Source: Eubacteriales bacterium (GTDB lineage Bacteria > Bacillota > Clostridia > Oscillospirales > SIG627). From it: a stretch of 64,000 bases of DNA. A program made the translations under genes and the position numbers. Each line of letters begins with the position of its first letter. Position 1 is the first letter of the stretch. The notes under the pieces are model-generated. The model did not search any database. It had not been told where the DNA came from and saw nothing but the letters and a program-made list of their open reading frames with translations. The stretch spans positions 7,393 to 71,392 of the forward strand of contig JAZSON010000019.1 in the NCBI GenBank assembly GCA_045536965.1. The letters run 5' to 3'. Below, one piece after another: positions 9,277 through 18,331 of the stretch.

Positions 9277-10605
9277 ATGAGTGCAGAGATTGTCATTCCC
9301 AGAAGAACGCTCGGAACCCTCTTAAATGCCACCGCGGCGGGTGTTGTTCCCCGCACGGGACTTGAATACATGGCCATCGGACGGGAAAACGAAGTGCGTG
9401 CCATATTAAACGATTTTGAAAATGTTGCCGACGGTATGGGAGCATTCCGTTTTCTCATCGGTCGGTACGGAAGCGGCAAAAGTTTTCTCATCGGCCTAAT
9501 GCGCTCCAATGCCTTGGAACGCGATTTTGTTACCGCCGACGCCGATCTTTCTCCCGAACGCCGCTTTTCCGGCACCAAGGGACAAGGGGTAGCCACCTAC
9601 CGCGAATTGATGAAAAACCTCGCCACCAAATCCTCTCCCGACGGAGGCGCGCTTTCGGTGATCCTCTCACGCTGGTTTTCCAAGGTACAGGCAGAGGTGG
9701 TCACCACTTGCGGTCTGACCCCGAACGATGAGGCTTTTTCTCTCGAAGTGCAAAAACGCATCACCGAAACGGCAACCTCTCTCCAAAGCCTTGTCAACGG
9801 CTTTGATTTTTCCCATGTATTGACCGTTTATTACCGCGCCGTCAGAAACGGCGACGATCATCTCGCCTCGGATGCCATGCGTTGGTTGCGCGGAGAGTTT
9901 TCCACCCGTACCGAAGCAAGATCCGCTCTCGCCGTCAGCACCATCATCGACGACTCCAATTGGTACGATTACTTGAAATTGCAAGCGAGTTTTTTCCGCG
10001 CCATCGGCTATCGCGGACTCATTGTCTTTTTTGATGAGTGCGTAAATCTATACAAAATTCCCAATCGCATTTCCCGCGAAAACAATTATGAAAAGGTGCT
10101 TTCCATGTTCAATGATACACTGCAGGGCAAAGCGGAAGGACTGGGAATTTACATGGGCGGTACCCCGAAATTTTTGGAAGATGAGCGTCGCGGACTTTAC
10201 AGTTACGAAGCACTCAAGAGCCGCCTTTGCGGCGGTCATTTTGCGGGAGAATACACCGATTGGCTTTCCCCTGTAATTCGCTTGAGCCGTTTGGACGACA
10301 GCGCTCTCTTTGCCCTTTTGGTGCGAATGCAAGGATTGTTTTCCCGCTACCACAACATCCCCCCCGCCTTAAACGACCAAGCGCTTCTTCGCTTTTTGCA
10401 ATTTTGTCTGGATAAAATGGGAAGCGATGAATACCTGACTCCTCGGGAGGTTTTACGGGACTTCCTGCATGTACAAAGCATTTTGATGCAAAACCCCACC
10501 CTCTCGGTTGACACGCTTCTCGGAGACGGCGCCGTAACCATGACACGGAGCGGCAAGGAAGAAACCGAAGATGATCCTTTCGGCATGAATGACATTGTGG
10601 GGTAA
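9277..10605 (+). CDS. DUF2791 P-loop ATPase (BrxD-like), Shango SngB-like
   Basis: GVVPR.GL...IGR..E, Walker A GRYGSGKS, ADLSPERR, Walker B FFDECVN, GLYSYEALKSRL and TPREVLRDF. Confidence 0.9.
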   Translation: MSAEIVIPRRTLGTLLNATAAGVVPRTGLEYMAIGRENEVRAILNDFENVADGMGAFRFLIGRYGSGKSFLIGLMRSNALERDFVTADADLSPERRFSGTKGQGVATYRELMKNLATKSSPDGGALSVILSRWFSKVQAEVVTTCGLTPNDEAFSLEVQKRITETATSLQSLVNGFDFSHVLTVYYRAVRNGDDHLASDAMRWLRGEFSTRTEARSALAVSTIIDDSNWYDYLKLQASFFRAIGYRGLIVFFDECVNLYKIPNRISRENNYEKVLSMFNDTLQGKAEGLGIYMGGTPKFLEDERRGLYSYEALKSRLCGGHFAGEYTDWLSPVIRLSRLDDSALFALLVRMQGLFSRYHNIPPALNDQALLRFLQFCLDKMGSDEYLTPREVLRDFLHVQSILMQNPTLSVDTLLGDGAVTMTRSGKEETEDDPFGMNDIVG

Positions 10606-10608
10606 ACA

Positions 10609-12792
10609 ATGAAAAAACTTTCGCAAGACGAAATATTTAGACGTTTCTCCCCTTATATTCGGGACTTTATCTATAAAAACGGATGGGAAGAATTACGCGA
10701 GGTACAATGCCTTGCGGCAAGCATTCTGTTTGAAAGCGAGGATAACCTTTTAATCACCTCGCCCACCGCTTCCGGTAAAACCGAGGCGGCACTTTTCCCT
10801 CTTTTGACCATGCTCGACGGTCAATTTTCAGATTCGGTGGATATTTTATATATCGCTCCCCTCAAATCTCTGATCAACGATCAATTTTCCCGTCTTGATC
10901 CTCTCCTTGAGGGAAATATGCCTGTTTTTCATTGGCACGGAGATGTACCAAGTGGGGCGAAGGAAAAATTTATTCGTAGGCCTCGCGGTATTTTGCAAAT
11001 CACCCCCGAATCACTGGAAAGCATGCTTCTCCACCGTTCTCAAGATATTCCACGCATTTTCGCCCACCTTTCTTATGTTATCATTGATGAGATCCATGCC
11101 TTCGCGGGACAGGATCGCGGTGAACAGCTTCGATGTATTTTGGAACGCATTGCACGTTTGATCGGCCACTGTCCCCGTCGCATCGGCCTGTCGGCCTCGG
11201 TGGGAGATCCACGCGCCATGGCCGATTGGCTGGGAGCGGGCACCCCGTATGAAAACGCTGTGGCCGAAGTGCAAAACGCTTCTGTCAGATGGCGTCTTGC
11301 CATGCAGCATTTCTTTACCGATCAACCCGATTCGGAAGACGGTCTTACCTTGGATGCCGCCTATGCTTTTGTGTATGCCGCCACCGAGCAAAACAAATGC
11401 CTCGTTTTCTCCAATTCCCGCGAAGAAACCGAACAGGTCACCGCTTCTCTGCGACAAATTTCCCGCAAAAAGGGGGAGCGCGACCGCTTTATGATCCACC
11501 ACGGCAATCTTTCTGCGGCCCTCCGAGAAGAAGCAGAGCACTCTTTACGCGAGACCACACATCCCATGACCGTCTGCGCCACCGTTACATTGGAGCTGGG
11601 TATAGACATTGGGCAACTTAACCGCATCATCAATATGGGTTCTCCCAACACGGTCGTCAATTTTCTCCAACGCTTGGGTCGCTCGGGCAGACGAAATGTC
11701 CCCCCCGAAATGATGATGGTTTTCCGCGAAGAGAAGGCTCTGCCCAACGCGCCTGTGTATCAGGCTGTTCCTTGGGAGCTGATTCGCGGCATCGCCATTG
11801 TACAGCTTTATCTTGAAAGCCGCTTTTTAGAAGAGAGCCGTCCGAAAAGCATGCCGATGAGCCTGCTTTTCCATCAAACACTCGCAACCCTTGCATCGGC
11901 AGGCGAGTTATCTCCCGCCGCGTTGGCCGATCGCATCTTGTCCCTCTCCCCCTTTGCACAGGTCGATCCGCAAGATTTTAAAGCTTTGCTGATTCACCTT
12001 TTGGAAACGGGTATGGTGGAAAAAGGAGAGGAAGGCGGTATCATTACAGGAGTTTCTGCCGAGCGCCTTCTCGGAGATTATCGTTTTTATGCAGTATTTA
12101 AGGACAGCGAAGATTATACCGTTCGCGAAAAATCCGAAGAAATCGGCACCATCACCACACCACCTCCCATCGGTGATCGCTTTGCACTCGCGGGCAGGGT
12201 GTGGGAGGTAGAGGAAATTGATTTGCCGCGAAAACTCATTTATGCAAAAAAAGTAGATGGCAAAATGGATGTTGCCTGGCCGGGAGACCGCGGAGAAATC
12301 CACACCCGTGTTCTTGAACGGATGAAACGCGTTTTAACCGAAGATACCATTTACCCTTATCTCAAGCCATCGGCTGCCGAGAGACTTGCGCAAGCCCGTC
12401 TTTTAGCCAAACAAACGGGATTTGCAACCCAACCGCTGATTTGTCTGGGCGGAAACCGATACTGCCTTTTCCCGTGGCTGGGTACCCGCGCCATACGCAC
12501 CTTAAAACGGCTTTTGGTCTATTTTTCACGCGAACTTGACCTGACCGACGTGCAGTATGACGGTTGTTATTACCTTTCTTTCCGTACGGGATGTACGCAG
12601 TTTATGACACGGCTGCTTGCTTGTCTTGCGGATGATCGTTTGCCCGACAGGGAAAAATTGCTCGCCGCATCCGAATATCCCGCGCAGGATAAATATGACA
12701 GCTTCATTCCGCCGATGCTTTTGAAAAAAGCGTATGCAAGGGATCGGCTGGACTACACCGATATACGCCGTCGTTTGACGGAATGGAAATAA
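10609..12792 (+). CDS. Lhr-like DEAD/DEAH helicase, Shango SngC-like
   Basis: PTASGKTEA, PLKSLINDQ, TPESLE, DEIH, HHGNLS, TLELGIDIG and QRLGRSGRR motifs are all intact. Confidence 0.9.
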   Translation: MKKLSQDEIFRRFSPYIRDFIYKNGWEELREVQCLAASILFESEDNLLITSPTASGKTEAALFPLLTMLDGQFSDSVDILYIAPLKSLINDQFSRLDPLLEGNMPVFHWHGDVPSGAKEKFIRRPRGILQITPESLESMLLHRSQDIPRIFAHLSYVIIDEIHAFAGQDRGEQLRCILERIARLIGHCPRRIGLSASVGDPRAMADWLGAGTPYENAVAEVQNASVRWRLAMQHFFTDQPDSEDGLTLDAAYAFVYAATEQNKCLVFSNSREETEQVTASLRQISRKKGERDRFMIHHGNLSAALREEAEHSLRETTHPMTVCATVTLELGIDIGQLNRIINMGSPNTVVNFLQRLGRSGRRNVPPEMMMVFREEKALPNAPVYQAVPWELIRGIAIVQLYLESRFLEESRPKSMPMSLLFHQTLATLASAGELSPAALADRILSLSPFAQVDPQDFKALLIHLLETGMVEKGEEGGIITGVSAERLLGDYRFYAVFKDSEDYTVREKSEEIGTITTPPPIGDRFALAGRVWEVEEIDLPRKLIYAKKVDGKMDVAWPGDRGEIHTRVLERMKRVLTEDTIYPYLKPSAAERLAQARLLAKQTGFATQPLICLGGNRYCLFPWLGTRAIRTLKRLLVYFSRELDLTDVQYDGCYYLSFRTGCTQFMTRLLACLADDRLPDREKLLAASEYPAQDKYDSFIPPMLLKKAYARDRLDYTDIRRRLTEWK

Positions 12793-12810
12793 AAATCAGG
12801 AGATCACGCT

Positions 12811-15800
12811 ATGAACGAAATGAAATTACAGCTTGAACTTTCAGCCATCTACGGTTATGCCCTCTCCTACAATCGCTTTCCCGCCATTGAAAGAATTCTG
12901 TTGGATACACCCTATGAAGTCACAGGTGATCTTGTACTGACACTGACGGCCAAGCCTGCCTTTTTTCAGTCGAAGATCATTCCGATCCACACACTGACAA
13001 AAGGCGGTCATTTTGCCATCTGCGCCCCCCAATTGACCTATCACGCCGATTATCTTGCCTATTTGGAAGAAAATGTTCCTGCCGTTGTGATCGCGAGTTT
13101 AACCCAAAATGGTAAGGAGATCGCCTCTGCCAAGCATCCGATCACCCTGCTCCCCGCCAACGTTTGGAGCGGCAGTGAGATTATGCCCGAACTTTTGGCC
13201 ACGCTGATTTCTCCTGCACAAGAGGAAATCCAAAAAACCGTCGATCAAGTCTGCGCAGAGCTTTCTCCCCGCGATATTTTCCGCCACCGCGATTATAGTG
13301 ATCACAGCCCAAAAGCCATTTTAACCATGATGGAAACACTGTATCACACACTGCGGAGTTTGCGCTTGTCCTACGCCATGCACACACCTGATGCCAATAA
13401 AAAGGGCGTTTCCTTATGCTATCCCGAAGCGGTGTTACAATATCGCAAAGGTAACAGTTTGGAGCTTGCTCTCCTTTTCGCTTCACTGCTCGAAGCATTG
13501 GGCATGCATCCCGTTCTCGCGCTTTTCAAGCAACAGACCATCGTTGGTTGTCATTTGCGTAAGACTGCCTTTCCCTCGTCCGCTTTCCATACATATCACA
13601 CACTCTTTACCCGCGACGGTAAAAACGGAAAAGAAGGCGCTGTCTGTTTTCTGGATATGGCTACCCTTGCTTACGGCACATCATTTTCCTTTGAGGAAGC
13701 CATCAAAAGCACCTATTCCGTCATGCGGGAAAATGCCGCCGATTTTGTGGTTGCCATTGACATATATCGCGCCCGCCACAACGGTATTTCTTCTCTCCCC
13801 GATCGTGTTCTTTCGGGAGACAATCGGATTTTTGCCAATATTGACGCAGCCTTGGACAAAATGCCCGGATACGATGACCTTGCTGCCCGTTCCATCGGAG
13901 ATGTCTATGACCGCGCTTCGGCCCTTTTCCGCAACCGTATCATCACACAAGATGATGATATTCTTCTTTCGACCCATGAAAACGGAAACGGTCTGCAATT
14001 GATCGATATAGATCCGACCGTCATCGTAAGTAAATTGATGCAAGCGGGCGGGGTGGATATCGCCCCCTCTCCCTTCCGCTTTTCGGGTCAAGATCGGGAT
14101 GTTGCCGATCTCTGTTTGATTGGCGAACATCTTGCATCTTCTATCCCCCCCGAAGAGGATGACCCCGTTCTCACCTCATTTTTAGAGAAAAAAAGTCTGC
14201 AAAAATATTTAAGCCGCTTATCCGACATGGCCGACCGCCGCGCCGACGAATGCGGTTATACGGGACTGTGTGTCGGTATGGGACTGATCCGCTACACCGA
14301 GACCCACTCCGATGATATTTCCTATGCGCCCGCTATCCTCTATCCCGTTCGGTTGCTCACAAATACCGAGGACAAAGGATACCGTTTGGTGTCTACCGGC
14401 GAAGCGCCTCTTTATCATGAGGCCCTTTTTGAAAAACTCCACCGCATTTTCGGTATTCGTCCCGATGGATTGCCAAGTTTAGCGGGACGTGGTTTTGCCG
14501 CACTCATCCCCGGTGTTTTACGCCAAATCAAGTCAGCCTATTCCCTCTGTTCGGGCGTGACCCTTTGCAGCGGAAGCTGTCTGGGTATATTCGCCTGCGA
14601 CAATGCCCACCTGCTTTCTCTGCTCTCCCCTCACACATTGCGTTCAAATCCCCTTTCTTCCGCTCTCGTTTCGCAAAAATATCCCATGGATGAAGAACCT
14701 ATTTTCCGCACCCCTACCTCCGCCCTACTTCCCATGGACGATAAGCAATACGCTGCTTTCCACACCGCTCTTGCCCACACGATCTCTCTCACCGAGGGAC
14801 AAAGCGGAAGCGGGAGAAGCCGTGTGGCCGAAAATTTGATGTTCCATCTTTTAGAAAACGGAAAGCGTGTGCTGTATGTCGCTTCTTCTCAAAGCAGTGT
14901 GCAAAATATGTTTAAGCGTTTGAAGGCAAACGGTCTGGAGGAAGCCGCAGTTGCATACGGAGCATCCGCTCCCATTTTGGCCCCTGCCTTCCCCACCGCC
15001 TCCCTTACGTTGCCGCCGCCCGAAAGCAGTCTGCCCGTCTTAATGGCACAGATTGCCCATTGTAAAAATGAGATTGATTCTTACTATGCAGCACTGAAAA
15101 AAGTGGGACTGTTTGGTTTTTCGTTCACACGCGCCCTCCAACAGTTTGAACGTTACCGTGATGCCGATGCCGTCCCTTTCACCCCGCTTGAACTGACAGG
15201 CCTGACAAAAGATGAAATCGCGTTGCGGTTTGACACAGCAGCAACCCTTTTTGCCGCAGGACACGCTTGCGGAGAACCGCACAACCACATTTTACGCGGG
15301 GTTACCGTCCACGATTTATCTCCTGTCGAAATGGAAGAAGCAACCCTTTTAACCGCAGAGTTGCCCGCGCTTTATCAGCAATTTATAAAACAGATCACCG
15401 CGCTTGCTTCGGCCGTAAAAGTCGATGTTCCGCAAACAAGCGACGCCATCGCTACCCTTTGGGAATCAGCTCGCATATTTGCAGCCGCTCCCATGGGTAT
15501 GGTCAAAAAACTTTTGGTCAGCGATCTTTTCGAAGAATCCTCTCCCACCGAAATATTAAAATCCGCCGCTTCAGCCATGGACATCCGAGAGCATTTAGAT
15601 TCCCTTTTTGCCGACGGTGCTTTTTCTCTGCCGGTGGAAGAAATGATCAACGATTTGCAAAATGCGCAAAACCTCTCTTTCTTCAAAAAGAAGACCATTC
15701 GAACAGCAACTTTGCATCGATTGAATGAGTATACCAAAAACGGATACACCTGCAAGCTGTCCGAACTTGAGGATATTCTGATACAGTTTAGCTTGTACCG

Positions 15801-17838
15801 CACTCGTTTAAATGCGGCAGGCGATATTTTCGCAAAGCTTTCCTCCCTCTTTGGATTTGCCGATTGGGCATTGGATACACTGCCTGCGGGAACCATCCGT
15901 CAAATGGCCGCCGCCTCGGAGGTGTGCGACAGTCTCCGCAACCGATTTGCCGCCAAGGATTTAAACGACTTGGCCGATTCTCTCCCCGAAAGCACGCAGA
16001 CGGTTGCAGAAATCCTCCGAGAAGCAGAATCTGCCTACTCGTTATGGAGCCACTCTTTCCGTTCTTGGGCTTCGCTTTTGAAGATCGCCTTACCAAGCGG
16101 TCTTACCGTGGAGGGCGCCCCCTTCTCGCTCCTTGCCGAAACGGTTGACACCATAAAGCGCGGCATTGATCGTCTGCCTGCTTGGTGCCATTATTTGGCG
16201 GTTAAACAGACCGCTCTCCAAAACGGACTTGAAAAAGTAGTTGCCATGTACGAAAGCAAGCCATTGACTTCCGAAAACATGGAAGCATCGTTCGTCAAAG
16301 GTTTCTTTGATGCAGCCTGCCGTTCCATTCTGCTGACAGAAGATGTTTTGCGTACATTCAACCCCGCCGTTTTTGCCGCCAAGATTGCGCATCTGGAAAA
16401 ATTGGAGGAAACCTTCCGCAAGCAGGCGCTTGAAACCTTCTTAACTTCCCACACCAATCTGTGCAATGCCTATTACACCGATCACCTTCGCAACGCTCCG
16501 CAGTATGCCCGTTGCCTTGAAAACAATGAATGCTTAAATGTCGGAAGACTAGATAGTCTTTTGCCCGAAGCGGCCGATGTACGCTTTCCCTGCGTGCTGT
16601 CTTGCACCGCGCCCATTCTGCGAAAAATGCGTGAACGCCCTGGATTTGCCGCGTTTGATTGCGTGATCTTCGACGAAGCCGAAAACATTCCGTTTGACCA
16701 TGCGTTGGCCATCATTGGTTGTGCTCGTCAAATCGCTGTTTTCGCTTCTCCCGCCCTCGGAAGCCGCACATCCCACCGTTTCATCGCAGAAAGCACACCT
16801 CTTTGTTCTACAAACCGCGAAGACATGGATAGCCTTTATGAGGTAATTGGCAACAACTGCCCCAACAAAACGGTTTTAACGCAAGGGTATGCCGCCCCCG
16901 GTCTTGCTGATATTTTCGCTTCGTTGACAACCAGAAAACCCATTCATCCCACCATGCCAAACGCTTCTCCCGTCCGTTTTGATGACGCCGTTGAGGTAAC
17001 AGTGATTGACGAAAATATTACCGATTCTTTCAATCCTGAGGATGCGGAAGCCATCGGTATCATTCAAACACTTACAGCCTTGTCCGAACAAACACCCGTT
17101 CCCTCTGTCGGAATCATAACCGGTAACCATGAACAAGCAAAACGAATCGAACGTTATTTATCGGCATTTCTCTCCCGTGACGCTTCTCTTGCAAAGAGAT
17201 TGGCAGAAAGTCAGGAGGCTTTGTATATCACCCCCTTGTCGGATGCCACCGACAGACCACGGGATTACATTCTCTTTTCTCCCGCCATCACCCTCTCAAA
17301 ACAAGATGCCTCCATCCCCACCGCAGCTACCTTCGCCATTCCCGATTGCCGCGCTCGTTTGGATGCCGCTGTTGGTTCGGCCAAGAAAAAAATGCATGTT
17401 GTCTGCGCTTTTTCTCCCGCCGTTGTATCAAAAAAATCGACGCTTGACGATTCTTATAATGCACTTTGCGACTTTTTCCTTGCCCTGAACACAAAGACAA
17501 TATATACCCCCCTTCCCTCGACCGTCACGAGCCGTTCGGAGGAAACGGTTTGCCAAACCATTTGCACCCGTCTGCACGCTGAAGGATACCTGACCGTTTA
17601 TCCCATGAGCGAGAGCATTGACATCGCCGTCTCGATGCCCGATGCACCCGATACCTATCTTCTCGGCATCACCCTCGATCAAACCGCTCTTCACGCCGCA
17701 AAAGATACTTCGGCGCGAGAATGCATCCTCCCTCGGCATCAAAAAGCCCACGGCTGGCAAATACACCGCATATTGGCGCCCGCATGGTACGCCGACAGAG
17801 AGGCCTGCCTAAAAGAAATTTTCTCCAAATTGCCTTGA
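12811..17838 (+). CDS. Large DUF4011 / SF1 helicase / Vsr-like REase protein (Hhe-like) with degenerate catalytic motifs
   Basis: AGGAG RBS. Domain order: N-terminal transglutaminase-like region, DUF4011-like GLCVGMGLIRY...YAPAILYPV, EGQSGSGRS/GKRVLYVA, FDCVIFDEA, then C-terminal IDIAV...YLLGI.LD...GWQIHRI..W. Confidence 0.8.
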   Translation: MNEMKLQLELSAIYGYALSYNRFPAIERILLDTPYEVTGDLVLTLTAKPAFFQSKIIPIHTLTKGGHFAICAPQLTYHADYLAYLEENVPAVVIASLTQNGKEIASAKHPITLLPANVWSGSEIMPELLATLISPAQEEIQKTVDQVCAELSPRDIFRHRDYSDHSPKAILTMMETLYHTLRSLRLSYAMHTPDANKKGVSLCYPEAVLQYRKGNSLELALLFASLLEALGMHPVLALFKQQTIVGCHLRKTAFPSSAFHTYHTLFTRDGKNGKEGAVCFLDMATLAYGTSFSFEEAIKSTYSVMRENAADFVVAIDIYRARHNGISSLPDRVLSGDNRIFANIDAALDKMPGYDDLAARSIGDVYDRASALFRNRIITQDDDILLSTHENGNGLQLIDIDPTVIVSKLMQAGGVDIAPSPFRFSGQDRDVADLCLIGEHLASSIPPEEDDPVLTSFLEKKSLQKYLSRLSDMADRRADECGYTGLCVGMGLIRYTETHSDDISYAPAILYPVRLLTNTEDKGYRLVSTGEAPLYHEALFEKLHRIFGIRPDGLPSLAGRGFAALIPGVLRQIKSAYSLCSGVTLCSGSCLGIFACDNAHLLSLLSPHTLRSNPLSSALVSQKYPMDEEPIFRTPTSALLPMDDKQYAAFHTALAHTISLTEGQSGSGRSRVAENLMFHLLENGKRVLYVASSQSSVQNMFKRLKANGLEEAAVAYGASAPILAPAFPTASLTLPPPESSLPVLMAQIAHCKNEIDSYYAALKKVGLFGFSFTRALQQFERYRDADAVPFTPLELTGLTKDEIALRFDTAATLFAAGHACGEPHNHILRGVTVHDLSPVEMEEATLLTAELPALYQQFIKQITALASAVKVDVPQTSDAIATLWESARIFAAAPMGMVKKLLVSDLFEESSPTEILKSAASAMDIREHLDSLFADGAFSLPVEEMINDLQNAQNLSFFKKKTIRTATLHRLNEYTKNGYTCKLSELEDILIQFSLYRTRLNAAGDIFAKLSSLFGFADWALDTLPAGTIRQMAAASEVCDSLRNRFAAKDLNDLADSLPESTQTVAEILREAESAYSLWSHSFRSWASLLKIALPSGLTVEGAPFSLLAETVDTIKRGIDRLPAWCHYLAVKQTALQNGLEKVVAMYESKPLTSENMEASFVKGFFDAACRSILLTEDVLRTFNPAVFAAKIAHLEKLEETFRKQALETFLTSHTNLCNAYYTDHLRNAPQYARCLENNECLNVGRLDSLLPEAADVRFPCVLSCTAPILRKMRERPGFAAFDCVIFDEAENIPFDHALAIIGCARQIAVFASPALGSRTSHRFIAESTPLCSTNREDMDSLYEVIGNNCPNKTVLTQGYAAPGLADIFASLTTRKPIHPTMPNASPVRFDDAVEVTVIDENITDSFNPEDAEAIGIIQTLTALSEQTPVPSVGIITGNHEQAKRIERYLSAFLSRDASLAKRLAESQEALYITPLSDATDRPRDYILFSPAITLSKQDASIPTAATFAIPDCRARLDAAVGSAKKKMHVVCAFSPAVVSKKSTLDDSYNALCDFFLALNTKTIYTPLPSTVTSRSEETVCQTICTRLHAEGYLTVYPMSESIDIAVSMPDAPDTYLLGITLDQTALHAAKDTSARECILPRHQKAHGWQIHRILAPAWYADREACLKEIFSKLP

Positions 17839-17845
17839 TAACCAA

Positions 17846-17874
17846 GCATATTCACTCCCCTCCTCGCATACAAT
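17846..17874 (+). promoter_or_regulatory. Putative sporulation sigma-E promoter
   Basis: GCATATT-14 nt-CATACAAT, matching the B. subtilis sigma-E consensus and spacing. Confidence 0.6.
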
Positions 17875-17895
17875 GCGGTGTGAGGAGGGGGAAAA

Positions 17896-18312
17896 ATGAC
17901 AAACACGACACAAAAATCCAATCCCAAAAACACATTAAAAGCCATTATTTTCAGCGCACTCTTTGCTTTAATTTCAGCTTTTGTTCTATTGGCTCTTGGT
18001 GTTTGGATTTTGGAAAAAATCCCGAAAAGCGAACGTTTTGAACCAATCTTCGTTCTCTCTGTTCAACTTCTTTGCGGTTTTATCGGCGGCTGGATCTCTT
18101 CCCTTTCCAAACAAAATTGTTTTTTGCGCGCCTCGTCTACCGCCGCTTTATTTACGTTTACCATGCTTTTACTGTCTTTTGTCTTTTTATCACCCGCCCC
18201 CCTTCCCGCTTTTCTTTCGGCTCTGCCGATCATACCTGCGGGCATAGCGGGAGGATGTCTCAATGCCTTTAGAAAAACCAAGAAAACTCATCGGAAAACA
18301 AAACGAAAATAG
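17896..18312 (+). CDS. Four-TM membrane protein, TIGR04086/YrzE-like
   Basis: Four hydrophobic helices, GFIGG and AGIAGG motifs, basic C-terminal tail. Strong RBS. Confidence 0.65.
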   Translation: MTNTTQKSNPKNTLKAIIFSALFALISAFVLLALGVWILEKIPKSERFEPIFVLSVQLLCGFIGGWISSLSKQNCFLRASSTAALFTFTMLLLSFVFLSPAPLPAFLSALPIIPAGIAGGCLNAFRKTKKTHRKTKRK

Positions 18313-18331
18313 GATCGAAAGGAAAGGACGT

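Noticed and set aside
9277..12792. BREX (BrxD/BrxHI) interpretation of the ATPase-helicase pair
   Set aside because: No pglZ, pglX or brxC nearby, and the upstream TerB_N/TerB_C gene fits Shango.
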